Source: Vulcanimicrobiota bacterium
GTDB lineage: Bacteria > Vulcanimicrobiota > Vulcanimicrobiia > Vulcanimicrobiales > Vulcanimicrobiaceae
DNA: 64,000 bases
Assembly: GCA_963812155.1 (NCBI GenBank)
Contig: CAWETW010000002.1
Span: 96,001 to 160,000 of the forward strand
Direction of reading: 5' to 3'
Both the position numbers and the translations under genes were made by a program. Of this stretch, positions 40,863-52,230 are shown in pieces. Each line of letters starts with the position of its first letter. Positions within the stretch are counted from its first letter, which is position 1. The notes beneath the pieces were generated by a model. It saw nothing but the letters and a program-made list of their open reading frames with translations. It was not told the DNA's origin and did no database searches.

Positions 40863-42407
40863 GTGTTTCGTTCTCGAAACAGGTTTGCATTCGTCGCGTG
40901 CGTCGCGGCGTTCTCGACCGCCTTCACGGGGTGCTCGGGAAATCGATCGATACTGCCGTCTGTGCCGGCTCAAAGCGCAGGGAACCTGCGCGGTCACGCT
41001 GCCGTACGCTACGGCCTCGCACGACTCGCGAGCCAGCCTCCCGTGGGCATGCAGATGGCGTTCCTGATGACCGACGGCACCGTGCTCGGGCAGAGCTACT
41101 CCGGCAACACGTGGTACAAGTACGCGCCGGACGCCAACGGCGGCTACTCCAACGGCACGTGGACGCAGGTCGCGTCGCTGCAAAGCGGATACGCGCCGAG
41201 CGCCTTTGCATCGGCAGTGCTTGCCGACGGACGTCTGGCAATCACCGGCGGCGAATACAACACGCCGGGGCAGTACGATCTCCAACTTACCAATCTGGGC
41301 GCCGTCTACGATCCGGTCCGCAATACTTGGACTCCGCTCGGCCACCCCATGGGGTGGGGGTTCATCGGCGATTCGCCGTCGAGCGTTCTTCCCGATGGCC
41401 GCTTCGTCGTCGGCCAGAAGCTCACGCATCAAGACGCCGCGTTGAATCCCGCGACGCTGACGTGGACCAAGCTCACCGATACCGGAAAATCCGACTTCAA
41501 CTCCGAGGAGGGCTGGACGCTGCTCCCGGACGGAACGATTCTCACCGAGGATGTCAAGAACGCCGACAACTCCGAGCGCTATAATCCCTCGACGGGACAT
41601 TGGACGAGCGCCGGTTCGACCATCGTCGATCTGCACTCGCCGTCGCCGTATAACCAGTGTCTTACGTACGGGCCGAAGCCGAAGGATTGCTACTTGCCCC
41701 CCGGCGAGATCGGTCCGGCCGTACTGCGTCCCGACGGCACCGTCTTCGCGACGGGATCGGGTTCCGGACCCTACGGCGCGGGGGCGGGACACACCGCGAT
41801 CTTCCATCCTTCGGGCAGCGGCGGAAGCTGGACGCAGGGTCCGGACTTCCCCAACACCGACAACGCCGGCGACTCGTTCGCGGCGCTGCTCCCCAGCGGG
41901 AACGTTCTCGTCTTCGGCGTCAGCGGCGAACTCTACGAGTTCAACGGAACGTCGTTCACCCAGAAGGGAAGCGCTTTCGGTTCGCCGCTTCTGCTGCCAA
42001 CGGGCCAGGTGATGATTCTTGGCTACTCGACGGTCGGACTCTACACGCCGTCGGGATCGCCGCAAGCGTCGTGGCTGCCGAAGATCACGAGCACGCCCAA
42101 GTCGCTGGCGCGCGGCCAAAGCTACACGATTTCAGGAAAACAATTCAACGGGTTATCGCAGGCGATGTCGTTCGGCGACGAGTTCCAAAATTGCACGAAC
42201 TATCCGCTCGTGCGCATTACGAACAAGGCGACCGGCCACGTCTTCTACGCCCGTACGCACGACCACTCGTCGATGGGCGTGGCGACCGGCTCGCTGATCG
42301 TCTCGACGCACTTCGACGTGCCCGCGACGATGGAAACCGGTCCGAGCAAACTGCAAGTGGTCGCGAACGGCCTCGCGTCGACGGCCGTCGGCGTTACGGT
42401 GCAGTAG
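40863..42407 (+). CDS. Secreted Kelch/galactose-oxidase-like beta-propeller lipoprotein
   Basis: FTGC lipobox, repeated LxDG..L / YDP..NTWT blades, C-terminal Ig-like domain; GGAGG RBS. Confidence 0.72.
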   Translation: MFRSRNRFAFVACVAAFSTAFTGCSGNRSILPSVPAQSAGNLRGHAAVRYGLARLASQPPVGMQMAFLMTDGTVLGQSYSGNTWYKYAPDANGGYSNGTWTQVASLQSGYAPSAFASAVLADGRLAITGGEYNTPGQYDLQLTNLGAVYDPVRNTWTPLGHPMGWGFIGDSPSSVLPDGRFVVGQKLTHQDAALNPATLTWTKLTDTGKSDFNSEEGWTLLPDGTILTEDVKNADNSERYNPSTGHWTSAGSTIVDLHSPSPYNQCLTYGPKPKDCYLPPGEIGPAVLRPDGTVFATGSGSGPYGAGAGHTAIFHPSGSGGSWTQGPDFPNTDNAGDSFAALLPSGNVLVFGVSGELYEFNGTSFTQKGSAFGSPLLLPTGQVMILGYSTVGLYTPSGSPQASWLPKITSTPKSLARGQSYTISGKQFNGLSQAMSFGDEFQNCTNYPLVRITNKATGHVFYARTHDHSSMGVATGSLIVSTHFDVPATMETGPSKLQVVANGLASTAVGVTVQ

Positions 42408-42669
42408 CGAATCGTTCTCGCGCGCGCTGCTTCGCCTTCGCGGCTTCGACGTCGCGGTCGCGCGGCGGCGCGTGCGTTACGAGGTGGGCGAGCAGATCGC
42501 GGGCCGCTTCGGCGACGCGATCGACGGCGCACTCGAACGCCGCTTCGTTGGCCTGCGAGGGCTTCGAAAAGCCCGAAAGTTTGCGCACGAACTGCAGCGC
42601 CGAGGCGCGGATTTCGTCTTCGGTCGCGGGCGGCGCGAAGTTGTGGAGGGTCTTGATGTTTCGGCACAC
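42394..42669 (-). CDS. DUF2277 family protein
   Basis: MCRNIKTLHNFAPPATEDEIRASALQFVRKLSG. Confidence 0.85.
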   Translation of the reverse strand: MCRNIKTLHNFAPPATEDEIRASALQFVRKLSGFSKPSQANEAAFECAVDRVAEAARDLLAHLVTHAPPRDRDVEAAKAKQRARERFATAP

Positions 42670-42738
42670 GGCTATCCCTTAGCCCCCGGTGCAGCGAGGC
42701 AGGAGGGCTGCCGACGTGCGAGCATTCATGTACGTCAT

Positions 42739-45700
42739 ATGAAGCGCTTCTTCGCCGTTCTGGCCGCGACGTCGTTCTTATCGATTCCGATTGCCGCGCC
42801 GGCGGCCGCCCGCCCGCCCGCACAGCAATTAATGGGCAAACTGCGCTGGCGTAACATCGGACCCTTCATCGGCGGGCGCGCCGTCGCGGTCGCGGGCGTG
42901 CCGGGCCGGCCGAACCTCTTCTACTTCGGCGGCGTTGAAGGCGGCGTCTGGAGAAGCACCGATTACGGCCAACACTGGGCCAACCTGACCGACGGCAAGA
43001 TTCCGGGCGTGGCCAATCCGATCGGCGCGCTGGCGGTGGCGCCTTCGAACTCGAACGTCATTTACGCGGGAACCGGCGAATCGGATATTCGCAGCGACTT
43101 CGACAGCGGCGACGGCATTTACAAAAGCACCGACGCCGGCAAAACGTGGGCGTACGCCGGTCTCCGCGACACGCGCATGACGGCCGATATGGCGATCGAT
43201 CCCGCGCGATCCCAACGTCGTCTACGTCGCGTCCATGGGACACGTCTTCAAGCCGAATGCGAATCGCGGCGTCTTCAAGACGACCGACGGCGGAAAAACG
43301 TGGCGTAAGATTCTTTTCGTCGACGAGAACACCGGCGGCGTTTCGCTCTCGATGAATCCCCGCGATCCGCGCGTCGTCTACGCCGCGACGTGGCAGGCGC
43401 AGCGCGTTCCGTGGAAGCTCAGCAGCGGCGGTCCGGGAAGCGCGCTCTACAAGACGACCGACGGCGGCGTTCACTGGAAGAAGATTTCGGCGAATCCGGG
43501 TTTCGCGCGCGGCGAGTTGGGGAAGATCGGCGTGTCCGTCGCTGCGAGCGATCCGCGCATCGTCTACGCGATCGTGCAGGCGCACGACGGAGGCGTTTTC
43601 CGTTCGAACGACGCCGGCGCGACGTGGAAGCGCGTCAATGCCGAGATGAAACTGCGCCAGCGCGCCTTCTACTACACGGCGATCTACGTGGATCCGAACA
43701 ACCCGCAGATCGCGTACGCGCCGCAAGTCGACGGCGTGTACCGCACCAAAAACGGGGGCAAGACGTTCGCCGAACTCGATACGCCGCACGGCGACAACCA
43801 CATCGTCTGGATCAATCCGCGCAACTCGAACGTCGTTCTCGTCGGCAACGACGGCGGCGGCACCGTGACGGTCGACGACGGCGATCACTGGAGTTCCGAA
43901 AACAACCAGCCGACGGGACAGTACTACCACGTCGCGCTCGACGATCAGTTTCCGTTTCACGTCTTCGGCGCCGCGCAGGACGAAGGCGCCTACGAAGGTG
44001 CGAGCGCCTCGATCGGCGGCATCCGCCGCGGCGACTGGCACGAAGTCGCGCTCGGCGAGAGCACGTTCGTCGCGCCCGAACCGGGCGATCCGGCAGTGAC
44101 CTACGGCAGCGGATACTACAGTTCGTTCGTGCGCCTCGACCGCCTCACCGGCAGCGCCAAGAACGTGAGCCCGTGGCCGCGCTACATGTCGGGCGCGTCG
44201 TCGAGCGCCACCAAATACCGCTTCGGATGGACGCATCCGATCTTCTTCTCTCCCGCCGATCCGCACGAACTGCTCGTTGCCGCGCAAGTCGTTTTCTCGA
44301 GCCTCGATCACGGACGCACTTGGAGCGTTCTCAGTCCGGATCTCACGCGTAACGACCCCGGCACCGAGGGAGCGACGGGCGGACCGATCGACAACGACCA
44401 AACCGGTGCGGAAACCTATCCCGACATTTCGTCACTTGCAGTATCGCCGCTCGATGCGGGCGTGCTGTGGGCCGGGTCGGCCGACGGATTGGTGCACGTA
44501 ACGAAGGATCACGGCGCTCACTGGACCGCCGTCACGCCGCCCCAGTTGCCGCAATGGGCCCAAATCAGTTCGATCGAGCCTTCCCACACGGACAAAGGGA
44601 GTGCGTATCTCAGCGCATCCCGCTACATGTGGGACGACTACCATCCATACGTCTACGCGACGACCGATTACGGCGCGCATTGGACGCCGCTTGCGAACGG
44701 GCTTCCGGCCGACCAATACGTGTTTGCCGTCCGGCAAGATCCGCGCGAACCGCGATTGCTTTTCGCCGGTACGCGCAGCACGGCGTACGTCAGCCTCGAC
44801 GGCGGTGCGCAGTGGCAGCCGTTGACGCTGAATCTGCCCGGCGTGCAGGTGCGCGACCTCGCCGTGGACGCACGCGAAGGTGAGGTCGTTGCCGCCACGC
44901 ACGGGCGCGCATTCTGGATTCTCGACGACCTCGCGCTTCTCGAACAGCTGGCGCGTCAATCGTCCTATTCCGTTTCGAACGTGCAGCTCTTCACGCCCGA
45001 GTCGGCCTGGCTCACCAACTCCTACGGAACGGGTCTATTCGAAAGCGACAACACCGGAGAAAATCCCGAGTACGGCGCGTCGGTCTTCTTCAACTTGCCG
45101 CCGGACTACAACGGCCGCACGCCCGCAACCCTGACGTTCTACGACGCGTCGGGAGCCGTCGTACGCGCGTTCGCGCTGCACCTCAAGCCGAAAAAAGAAA
45201 CGGAACTGACGCCCGAGCAAGAGGCAAACCTCGACGCAGCACAACAGCGGGCGCGTCAACTCGCCGAGCTGACGGCGGTGCAGCCGGGTACGAACGCTTT
45301 CCGGTGGGATTTACGCTACACGCCGGGCTACGATTTCCCGGGATTTCGAGCGCAGTATACCGACGATTTCCTCGACACTTCCGACGGGCCGACCGTGCTT
45401 CCGGGCAAGTACGACGCGGTGCTGCAGTATGGCACGCAAAAACTCGACGTCCCCGTGACGGTGCAACTCGATCCGCGCCTGCATCCGGCTCCCGGCGACC
45501 TTCAGGCGCGGTTGGCACTCGAAATGCAGATTCTTGCCACGATCGATAGTCTCGACCGGACGATCTCCGCTGCGATGACGGCCGCCTCGCGAAAGCCGGC
45601 AGCGCAACGCACGCAGATCGATGCCGGGATCGCCGACCTCGTGCAGCTCGACATCCACTCGAGCGAAGCCGACGTCCTGCATCCGACGCAGATCCGCGAG

Positions 45701-45835
45701 CAGCTCGCGTTCTTGATGAACTCGCTCGAGGGCGCATACGCGCGCCCGACCGCCGCCGAATACGCAACCTATTCGGATCTCAAAACGCTGGCGGAGACCG
45801 GTGAAGCCAAACTGAAAGCGCTCGCTTCGCCGTAA
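42739..45835 (+). CDS. Secreted VPS10/BNR-repeat beta-propeller glycoside hydrolase-like protein, frameshift near 43202
   Basis: WRNIGP..GGR, many (S/T)xDxGxTW Asp-boxes; extra C in gat-ccc-gcg (expected DPRDPN). Confidence 0.85.
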
Positions 45836-45914
45836 CCGTAGGACCGCAGCCACAAGGGCGCTGCCAGGAACGCGTGCGCTATCTGCGAAGATTCCGTTCA
45901 AAGGAGGGCTTTGC

Positions 45915-46487
45915 ATGATGCCCCGGATTTTTCGTATGTACGGCGCTCTCGCAGCGCTCGCGTTGACGCTCGTAACCGCCGCGCCGGCGCCGGCCGCTCC
46001 GGCAGTCGAAGGCACGCCGATTCCCACGTCGCCGAAACCGGACTTTTCCCAGATGCGATTCCTGGTCGGCACGTGGACGTGCAGCGATCTGAGTTCGCGG
46101 CGACCGGGCCCGTTCACGACGACCGAAGTCTATTCGATGGATCCGTCCGGCTACTGGATGCTGCGCGAGTCGACGGTTCACAAAGCGTCGTGGATTCCGC
46201 GTGATTTCCGCTTTGACACCAAATACACGTACGATACCTACGCGAAGGTATGGGTTCGCATCGTCACCGACGACCGCGGCAATTTTACCGTCGCGACCGC
46301 ACCACATGCCGCCAACTCCAAAAAGACGTACACGTACATCCTTCAGAGCAAAGCGCCGGACATCGCTGCCTACGCGCCGGAAGTCTTTACGAAGGTCAGC
46401 GATACGAAAAAGACGATGACGACGTCGTTCACCGAGACGTCGGGGAGGGTTGTTCGGGTCAGCGAGACCTGCACGAAGGACTCGTAG
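45915..46487 (+). CDS. Hypothetical secreted protein (lipocalin-like GTW motif)
   Basis: AAGGAGG RBS, signal peptide, FLVGTWTC ... C-terminal Cys. Confidence 0.7.
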   Translation: MMPRIFRMYGALAALALTLVTAAPAPAAPAVEGTPIPTSPKPDFSQMRFLVGTWTCSDLSSRRPGPFTTTEVYSMDPSGYWMLRESTVHKASWIPRDFRFDTKYTYDTYAKVWVRIVTDDRGNFTVATAPHAANSKKTYTYILQSKAPDIAAYAPEVFTKVSDTKKTMTTSFTETSGRVVRVSETCTKDS

Positions 46488-46491
46488 CCCG

Positions 46492-47739
46492 CTAAGAAAT
46501 CCGGCAGCGAGCCGCGCGTTCGCACAGCAGCGTTCGCTCGCGCTCGTTGCCGGTCAACCTCGCAGCACGCTCGAACTCGGCGCACGCTTCGGCGAAACGC
46601 CCGAGGCGTTCCAGAAACTCCGCGCGCACGGCAGGCAGCAGGTGATACTCCCTCAGCACCGCCTCACCGCGTAACGCGTCGGCTCGGTCGAGCCCCGCCT
46701 GAGGCCCGTACGCCATGCCGGCAGCGACGGCGCGATTGAGATCGACGACGGCCGTCGGCTTCACTTCGGCCAGCGCGTCGTACAGCGATGCAATTTGCAT
46801 CCAATCGGTCTGCTCGAACGTCGCCGCCCGCGCGTGGCAGGCGGCGATCGCCGCCTGAAGCGCATAGGGTCCGTCTCCGGCGATCGCTTGCGCGCGCTCG
46901 AGAGCCCGCAGACCATGCGCAACGAGCACGCGATCCCAGCGCGTGCGATCCTGATTGGCCAGCAAAACCGGATTGCCGCGTTCGTCGACCCGGGCGTTCG
47001 CCCGCGACGCCTGCAGTTCCATCAACGCGACCAACCCGTGGGTTTCCGCCTCGAACGGCATCAGCCCGGCAAGCACGCGACCGACGCGCATGGCTTCGTC
47101 GCACAAATCCGGACGCAGCACGTCGCGTCCCGACGACGCCGCATAGCCTTCGTTAAAGATGAGATACACGATCTCGAGTACCGACGACAACCGATCGCGC
47201 CGCTCCGCCTCGCTCGGGAGTTCGAACGGGACGCGGGCGTGCGCGAGCGTGCGTTTGGCGCGCACGATACGCTGCGCGACGGTGGCTTCGGAAGTGAGAA
47301 ACGCGCGCGCGATCTCGGTCGTCGTGAGTCCGCCGAGCAAGCGCAGCGTGAGCGCGGCCCGTGCCTCGCGCGAGAGCACGGGGTGGCAGGCGATGAAGGC
47401 GAGCCGCAAGAGATCGTCGTCAATCTCGCGGTCGACCGCGTCGTAACCGGACTCGAGGGTAGCGGTCTCCATCTCGCTTGACGGTACTGCCTGCACGCGC
47501 ACCGGGCCGTTCTCGCGGCGTAAACGATCGATGGCCCGGCGCTTGGCCACGGCGTGCAGCCAAGCACCGGGATTTCGCGGAATGCCTTCTGCCGGCCATT
47601 GTGCGAGTGCGGCGACGAATGCGTCTTGCGCGAGCTCTTCAGCCGTGCCGAGGTCGCGCACGATGCGCATCAGCGATGCGACGAGCCTCGGCGATTCGAT
47701 GCGCCAGATCGCTTCCAGCCGCTCGTTATCGAGATTCAA
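46492..47739 (-). CDS. ECF42-like sigma factor with C-terminal TPR extension
   Basis: AEELAQDAF, DDLLRLAFIACHP, YLIFNEGY, QDRTRWD, GPYALQAAIAACH; downstream of DGPF gene. Confidence 0.88.
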   Translation of the reverse strand: MNLDNERLEAIWRIESPRLVASLMRIVRDLGTAEELAQDAFVAALAQWPAEGIPRNPGAWLHAVAKRRAIDRLRRENGPVRVQAVPSSEMETATLESGYDAVDREIDDDLLRLAFIACHPVLSREARAALTLRLLGGLTTTEIARAFLTSEATVAQRIVRAKRTLAHARVPFELPSEAERRDRLSSVLEIVYLIFNEGYAASSGRDVLRPDLCDEAMRVGRVLAGLMPFEAETHGLVALMELQASRANARVDERGNPVLLANQDRTRWDRVLVAHGLRALERAQAIAGDGPYALQAAIAACHARAATFEQTDWMQIASLYDALAEVKPTAVVDLNRAVAAGMAYGPQAGLDRADALRGEAVLREYHLLPAVRAEFLERLGRFAEACAEFERAARLTGNERERTLLCERAARCRIS

Positions 47740-48136
47740 TATCCGCCTGAATGCGTTGCTGCTGTTCGCGGAGTTCCGGCCCGGGCGAAAAGTCCTCCAT
47801 TTCGAAAACCTGTCGCAGCTCGATCTCGAAACCACCCTCGAACGGCGCGCGCGACATCCATTCGATCGCCTCGGCCTTCGAGCGCGTTTGAATCAGCCAA
47901 TATCCGGCAATCAGTTCCTTCGTCTCGGCAAACGGGCCATCGGTCACGGTTGTCCTGCCGTCCGCGAATTTGATGCGCGCGCCTTTACTGCTCGGCTGCA
48001 GCCCTTCGCCCGCGAGCATCACGCCGGCTTTGGCCAACTCCTCGTTGAATTTGCCCATTTCCGCCAGCTCTTCGTGCGTGGGAAGAACGCCCGCCTCGCT
48101 TTGCGGCGTAGCCTTGACGATCACCATGAAACGCAT
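47726..48136 (-). CDS. YciI/DGPF family protein
   Basis: GEGLQPS, VTDGPFAETKELIAGYW. Confidence 0.92.
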   Translation of the reverse strand: MRFMVIVKATPQSEAGVLPTHEELAEMGKFNEELAKAGVMLAGEGLQPSSKGARIKFADGRTTVTDGPFAETKELIAGYWLIQTRSKAEAIEWMSRAPFEGGFEIELRQVFEMEDFSPGPELREQQQRIQADIESR

Positions 48137-48174
48137 GTGGTCTCCTCTCATTCGAACTGCGTCCTACCCGGTAC

Positions 48175-48201
48175 GTCGAACCGGCGAGGCGAAATTCGAC
48201 A
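48175..48201 (-). promoter_or_regulatory. ECF42-type promoter
   Basis: TGTCGA-N17-CGAC upstream of DGPF-sigma operon, matching the reported ECF42 -35 TGTCGA / -10 CG(A/T)C. Confidence 0.7.
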
Positions 48202-48302
48202 CGGCGACCAAGAAATTTCTCGATTCAGCCGTGCCGCTAGATTCGAGCGGTGAGGGACTGCCCTCGCGCGAATCGCTGCCCAAAACGACGGAGGGACGAT
48301 GT

Positions 48303-50069
48303 ATGTGCGGAGTCTGCACGGGTGATGCCTTTGGGCTTCGGAATTTTTATCGAACCGATATGACGCGCGCGGGCTTTCTCGCCGCTTCGGCCGCCGCGGC
48401 TGGAGTCGCGGCGGCCGGCCTTCCGAATCCGGCGCGAGCGGCAGAGGCCGCGACGATCTTTTACGGTGGGCCAATCGTCACGATGGACGATCGGGTCCGC
48501 TCGGCTGCCGCGGTGGCGATCTCTGGAATGAGGATCGTCGCCGTCGGTGACCTGGACGCGGTCACGAGCGCGGCCGGTCCGGGCGCGCGGCGCGTGAATC
48601 TCGACGGCAGAACGCTCATGCCCGGATTGATCGATCCCCATCAGCACCCGATTCCCGGCGGCATCATGCTCACGCAGATGTTAAACGTGGGATACGATGC
48701 GTATAAAGACAAGGCCGGCGTGATCGGCGCGCTCAAAGCAAAAGCATCGCAACTTCCGGCGGGCCAGTGGATTTACGCAGCCTACTACGATAACGTTCTC
48801 CAGGGCGGTGACCTGACGCTCGCCGAGCTCGATGCCGTCTCGACCGAACACCCGATCTTCGTCTACTACGTCAGCATGCATTCGGCAACGGGCAACACCG
48901 CGGCGTTCAAAATCGCCGGCGTGACCGCGTCGACCGGCGATTTGCCCGGCGGCGGTCACTTCGGAAAAGACTCCGCCGGCAATCTCAACGGCATGATCTT
49001 CGAGCCGCCGGCGCTCGTAAAATTCATGGCGGGAATGCCGAAATTGACGATGGAACTGGTGTCGAGTGCGGTGACGAAGTTTCTCTATCAGAGCGCCGCG
49101 CTGGGCATCACGATGGTGCACGAGGCCGGCGCTTACGCGCCGACGCCCGATGCACTCGAAGGTTACAAAGCGGTCATGACCGACTCGCCGGTGCGCTACA
49201 GTGCCAGCCCTGCCGTCGAGTTTTTGAAGGCAGCGAATTCGTTCGTCGCACCGTACGGGAAGCCCGGCGCGCGGGCGTTGGAGATCCCCGGCACTTTGCT
49301 GTCATTCTACGCGGTAAAGATCGTCTCGGACGGATCGCCGCAGCAGCTCACGGCGTTTCAAATGGAGCCATACCTCAACAGCACCTCGACCGGGCTTGCC
49401 AATTACACGGCCGACGAATTGAATGCCCTGGTCGCGCAAGTAAAAGCGAGCGGGTGGCCGGTCTCGATCCACTGCAACGGCGATGCCTCGCTGGAACGCG
49501 CGCTCGATGCGATCGAGACTGCCTATGGCCCGAATTCACCCGTAGAAGGCATCAACCGCATCGAACATTGCACGCTCGCCAATGCGGATCAAATCGCCCG
49601 CATGAAGCGCATGGGCGTTCAGCCGAGCCACCTCATGAACAACCTGTACTACTACGGCGCGGCGTATCGGGACCACATTTTCGGGGCGCCGCGCGCGGAA
49701 CGCTTCAATCCGGCGCACTCCTTCCTCGCAGCTGGTATTCCTTTTACGATTCATAGCGACTGTCCGTGCTCGCCCATCGCACCACTGCGCGAGATCGGCA
49801 CCGCCGTAACGCGCGTCTGCGCGACCGACGGATCCGTCGTAGGCGCGGCCGAAGGGGTGCCCTTGGAAGCGGCCCTTGCAGGCATGACGACGACGGCGGC
49901 GGCGCAGTGCGGTCTCGGCGATAAAACCGGCTCGCTGACTGCAGGTAAGTATGCAGACCTCGTGCTGCTCGAAAGCAACCCACTCTCGACCGATCCGGCA
50001 AAGCTCGGCGACATTCGCGTCTCCGAGACCTGGGTAAACGGGAAGAAAGTCGTCGTGCCGAACGCGTAG
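48303..50069 (+). CDS. YtcJ-like amidohydrolase with Tat-like signal
   Basis: PGLIDPHQH, KIVSDGS, IHCNGD, RIEHC, HSDCP, GSLTAGKYADLV. Confidence 0.88.
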   Translation: MCGVCTGDAFGLRNFYRTDMTRAGFLAASAAAAGVAAAGLPNPARAAEAATIFYGGPIVTMDDRVRSAAAVAISGMRIVAVGDLDAVTSAAGPGARRVNLDGRTLMPGLIDPHQHPIPGGIMLTQMLNVGYDAYKDKAGVIGALKAKASQLPAGQWIYAAYYDNVLQGGDLTLAELDAVSTEHPIFVYYVSMHSATGNTAAFKIAGVTASTGDLPGGGHFGKDSAGNLNGMIFEPPALVKFMAGMPKLTMELVSSAVTKFLYQSAALGITMVHEAGAYAPTPDALEGYKAVMTDSPVRYSASPAVEFLKAANSFVAPYGKPGARALEIPGTLLSFYAVKIVSDGSPQQLTAFQMEPYLNSTSTGLANYTADELNALVAQVKASGWPVSIHCNGDASLERALDAIETAYGPNSPVEGINRIEHCTLANADQIARMKRMGVQPSHLMNNLYYYGAAYRDHIFGAPRAERFNPAHSFLAAGIPFTIHSDCPCSPIAPLREIGTAVTRVCATDGSVVGAAEGVPLEAALAGMTTTAAAQCGLGDKTGSLTAGKYADLVLLESNPLSTDPAKLGDIRVSETWVNGKKVVVPNA

Positions 50070-50080
50070 CGTTCGGGCGT

Positions 50081-50572
50081 TTACGCGTTGTAGACGCGGC
50101 GCAGCTCGTCGATATCGAGCTTGCCCATTTGCAGCATCGCGCGCATCGCACGTTGCGATCGCTCTTCGTCGCCGCCGCCGAGCACGTCGCGCAGTCCCTG
50201 CGGAACCAAATTCCACGAGAAGCCGAAGCGATCGGCGACCCACCCGCACGGCAGTTGGGTGCCGCCCTCGGAGAGCTTGTCCCACAGCGCGTCGAGTTCT
50301 GCTTGCGTCTCGCAACTGACGAAGAGCGCGATTTTCCCTTGCGAGAATTCTTCGGCGGACGGCTCCGATGATTCCGACGGCGCGTTGATCGCCATAAACT
50401 CTTGGCCGTCGAGCTCAAACTCGATCGTCATGACCGAGCCGGCCGGCCCGGGCCCCGCGTCGCCGTAGCGCGACGTATCGGTAATTCGCGAATTCTTGAA
50501 TATCGAAACGTAATAGTCGACCGCCTCTTCGGCTTGTCCGGCGAACCACAGGAACGGCGTAATGCTCGGCAT
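50081..50572 (-). CDS. VOC/PhnB-like (3-demethylubiquinone-9 3-methyltransferase domain) protein
   Basis: ITPFLWF..QAEEA, CGWVADRFGFSW, AMLQMGKLDI. Confidence 0.9.
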   Translation of the reverse strand: MPSITPFLWFAGQAEEAVDYYVSIFKNSRITDTSRYGDAGPGPAGSVMTIEFELDGQEFMAINAPSESSEPSAEEFSQGKIALFVSCETQAELDALWDKLSEGGTQLPCGWVADRFGFSWNLVPQGLRDVLGGGDEERSQRAMRAMLQMGKLDIDELRRVYNA

Positions 50573-50720
50573 GAGCGTCAGCCTACGCCGCGCGGCCGGA
50601 CGGTCCTGTTGAAGCGGCGACACCGATGCCGTCAGGCCGCACAAGGATTCTCGATGACGTAGCGTGCGCCGGAATGCGCTCGCCAGGTCGTCGCCCGGCC
50701 TGTCCGAACCTATCCGCGGT

Positions 50721-52115
50721 ATGCCGCCGTCCGTTGCGCGTTTTACGCCGGCGATCGCGATCCTCGCGATTGCGCTTGCAATCGCCTCGTGTTCGAACAC
50801 CGTCGTAACCCCTGCGCTCTCGACGTCGCCGCCGCGCGGTTCTTTTCAGGCGCAGTGGCTGCTCGTGAGCGACGTGCATTTCACGCCGTTCGACGATCCG
50901 AGTCTTTTACCGCAGTTGATCGCGGCGCCCGCGTCGGACTGGCACGCGATTTTGGCGACGTCCCAGCGGCCGCCGAGCCCATACTTCAGCGACTCGAACT
51001 ACGCACTGTTTTCTTCCGCGCTTCGAGCGATGCAGGCGACGCTTCCCAATCCGCCGGTGGTCATCGTCGCCGGCGACGCCATGGGCCATCATTTTTCGGA
51101 ACAGTTTGCACAACTGGCGCCGAGCCAATCCCAAGCCGTCTACAAACGGTTCGTCGACAAAACGATTGCCTTTTTGGCTCTGGAGTTCGAAGCGGTTTTT
51201 CCGCACTCGCAGTTTTTGATCGCGCTCGGAAATAACGACGGCTACTGCGGCAACTACATGAGCACGCCGGCCAGCCCGTTTCTAGCGCACATGGCTTCGG
51301 CCTGGGAACCGCTGGTGAACCGCAACGGCCGAGCTCCGCGGTTCGTACGGGATTTCTCGAAAGCCGGCTACTATCAAGCATCGCTGCCGCTGGGCGGCTC
51401 CATGCCGGCGATCGTGATGAACAGCATCTTTTGGTCGTCGCTCTACGAAAACACATGCGGCAAACCCGGCGCCGACCCCGGTACGACGGAACTCAACTGG
51501 TTGAGCCGTGCGCTCGCCGCAGCGCCATCGCCGGCGTTGCTGCTGACCCACATTCCGCCCGGCATCGACGAATTCGCTTCGATCAATAACAACGGCGCGA
51601 CGCCGCTCTACAAGGAAACCTACACCGAGCGGCTGTTGCGCGTGCTGTCAAGACGCAGCTCCAATGTCCGCGCGCTCGTCTTAGGCCACATCCATCATGC
51701 AACGTTCGAGATCGTCCCGGTGGGGAACGGCCACGTAGGTGCGCTCGGCATCCCGTCCATTAGTCCGAATCAAGGCAACAATCCGGCCTTCGTCGTCGCC
51801 CTTTTCAGTCCATCGCAACCGGCAATCGTAGACACGACGACCTACGCCTTACCGCTCGCAACGATGCAAGGGTGGTCCGAACTCTACGCCTTCAACGCGG
51901 CCTACGGGCTTGAGGGCTACGACGCCTCCAACCTGCTGACGCTGCAATCCGCGCTCTCTGCGGATCCGGCCGTCCGTACCACGTTCTTTGCGAACTACAA
52001 CTCCGGCAGCACGACCGCGACGCCAGATCCGTCGAAGTGGCCGTGGTACTGGTGCGGACATACGAATCTCACGCCGAAATCGTACTCGAACTGCGTGCAG
52101 GACACGCCGCCGTAA
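50721..52115 (+). CDS. Secreted metallophosphoesterase, acid sphingomyelinase-like
   Basis: IASC lipobox, SDVH, AGD, LGNND, THIPPG, LGHIH, PSISP..GNNP. Confidence 0.82.
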   Translation: MPPSVARFTPAIAILAIALAIASCSNTVVTPALSTSPPRGSFQAQWLLVSDVHFTPFDDPSLLPQLIAAPASDWHAILATSQRPPSPYFSDSNYALFSSALRAMQATLPNPPVVIVAGDAMGHHFSEQFAQLAPSQSQAVYKRFVDKTIAFLALEFEAVFPHSQFLIALGNNDGYCGNYMSTPASPFLAHMASAWEPLVNRNGRAPRFVRDFSKAGYYQASLPLGGSMPAIVMNSIFWSSLYENTCGKPGADPGTTELNWLSRALAAAPSPALLLTHIPPGIDEFASINNNGATPLYKETYTERLLRVLSRRSSNVRALVLGHIHHATFEIVPVGNGHVGALGIPSISPNQGNNPAFVVALFSPSQPAIVDTTTYALPLATMQGWSELYAFNAAYGLEGYDASNLLTLQSALSADPAVRTTFFANYNSGSTTATPDPSKWPWYWCGHTNLTPKSYSNCVQDTPP

Positions 52116-52230
52116 TTTTCCGGATCACCATGGCTATGTAAGGGTCTGCTGCGTCGATAGGGGAAACAAGCTTGAATCGCTTCTGCACCGTGATGTCGTA
52201 CGGTCGCAGCACGATTCGCAAAGGAGATGC

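Noticed and set aside
50598..50622. Second ECF42-type promoter upstream of the VOC gene
   Set aside because: TGTCGC-N14-CGTC has a mismatch and a short spacer
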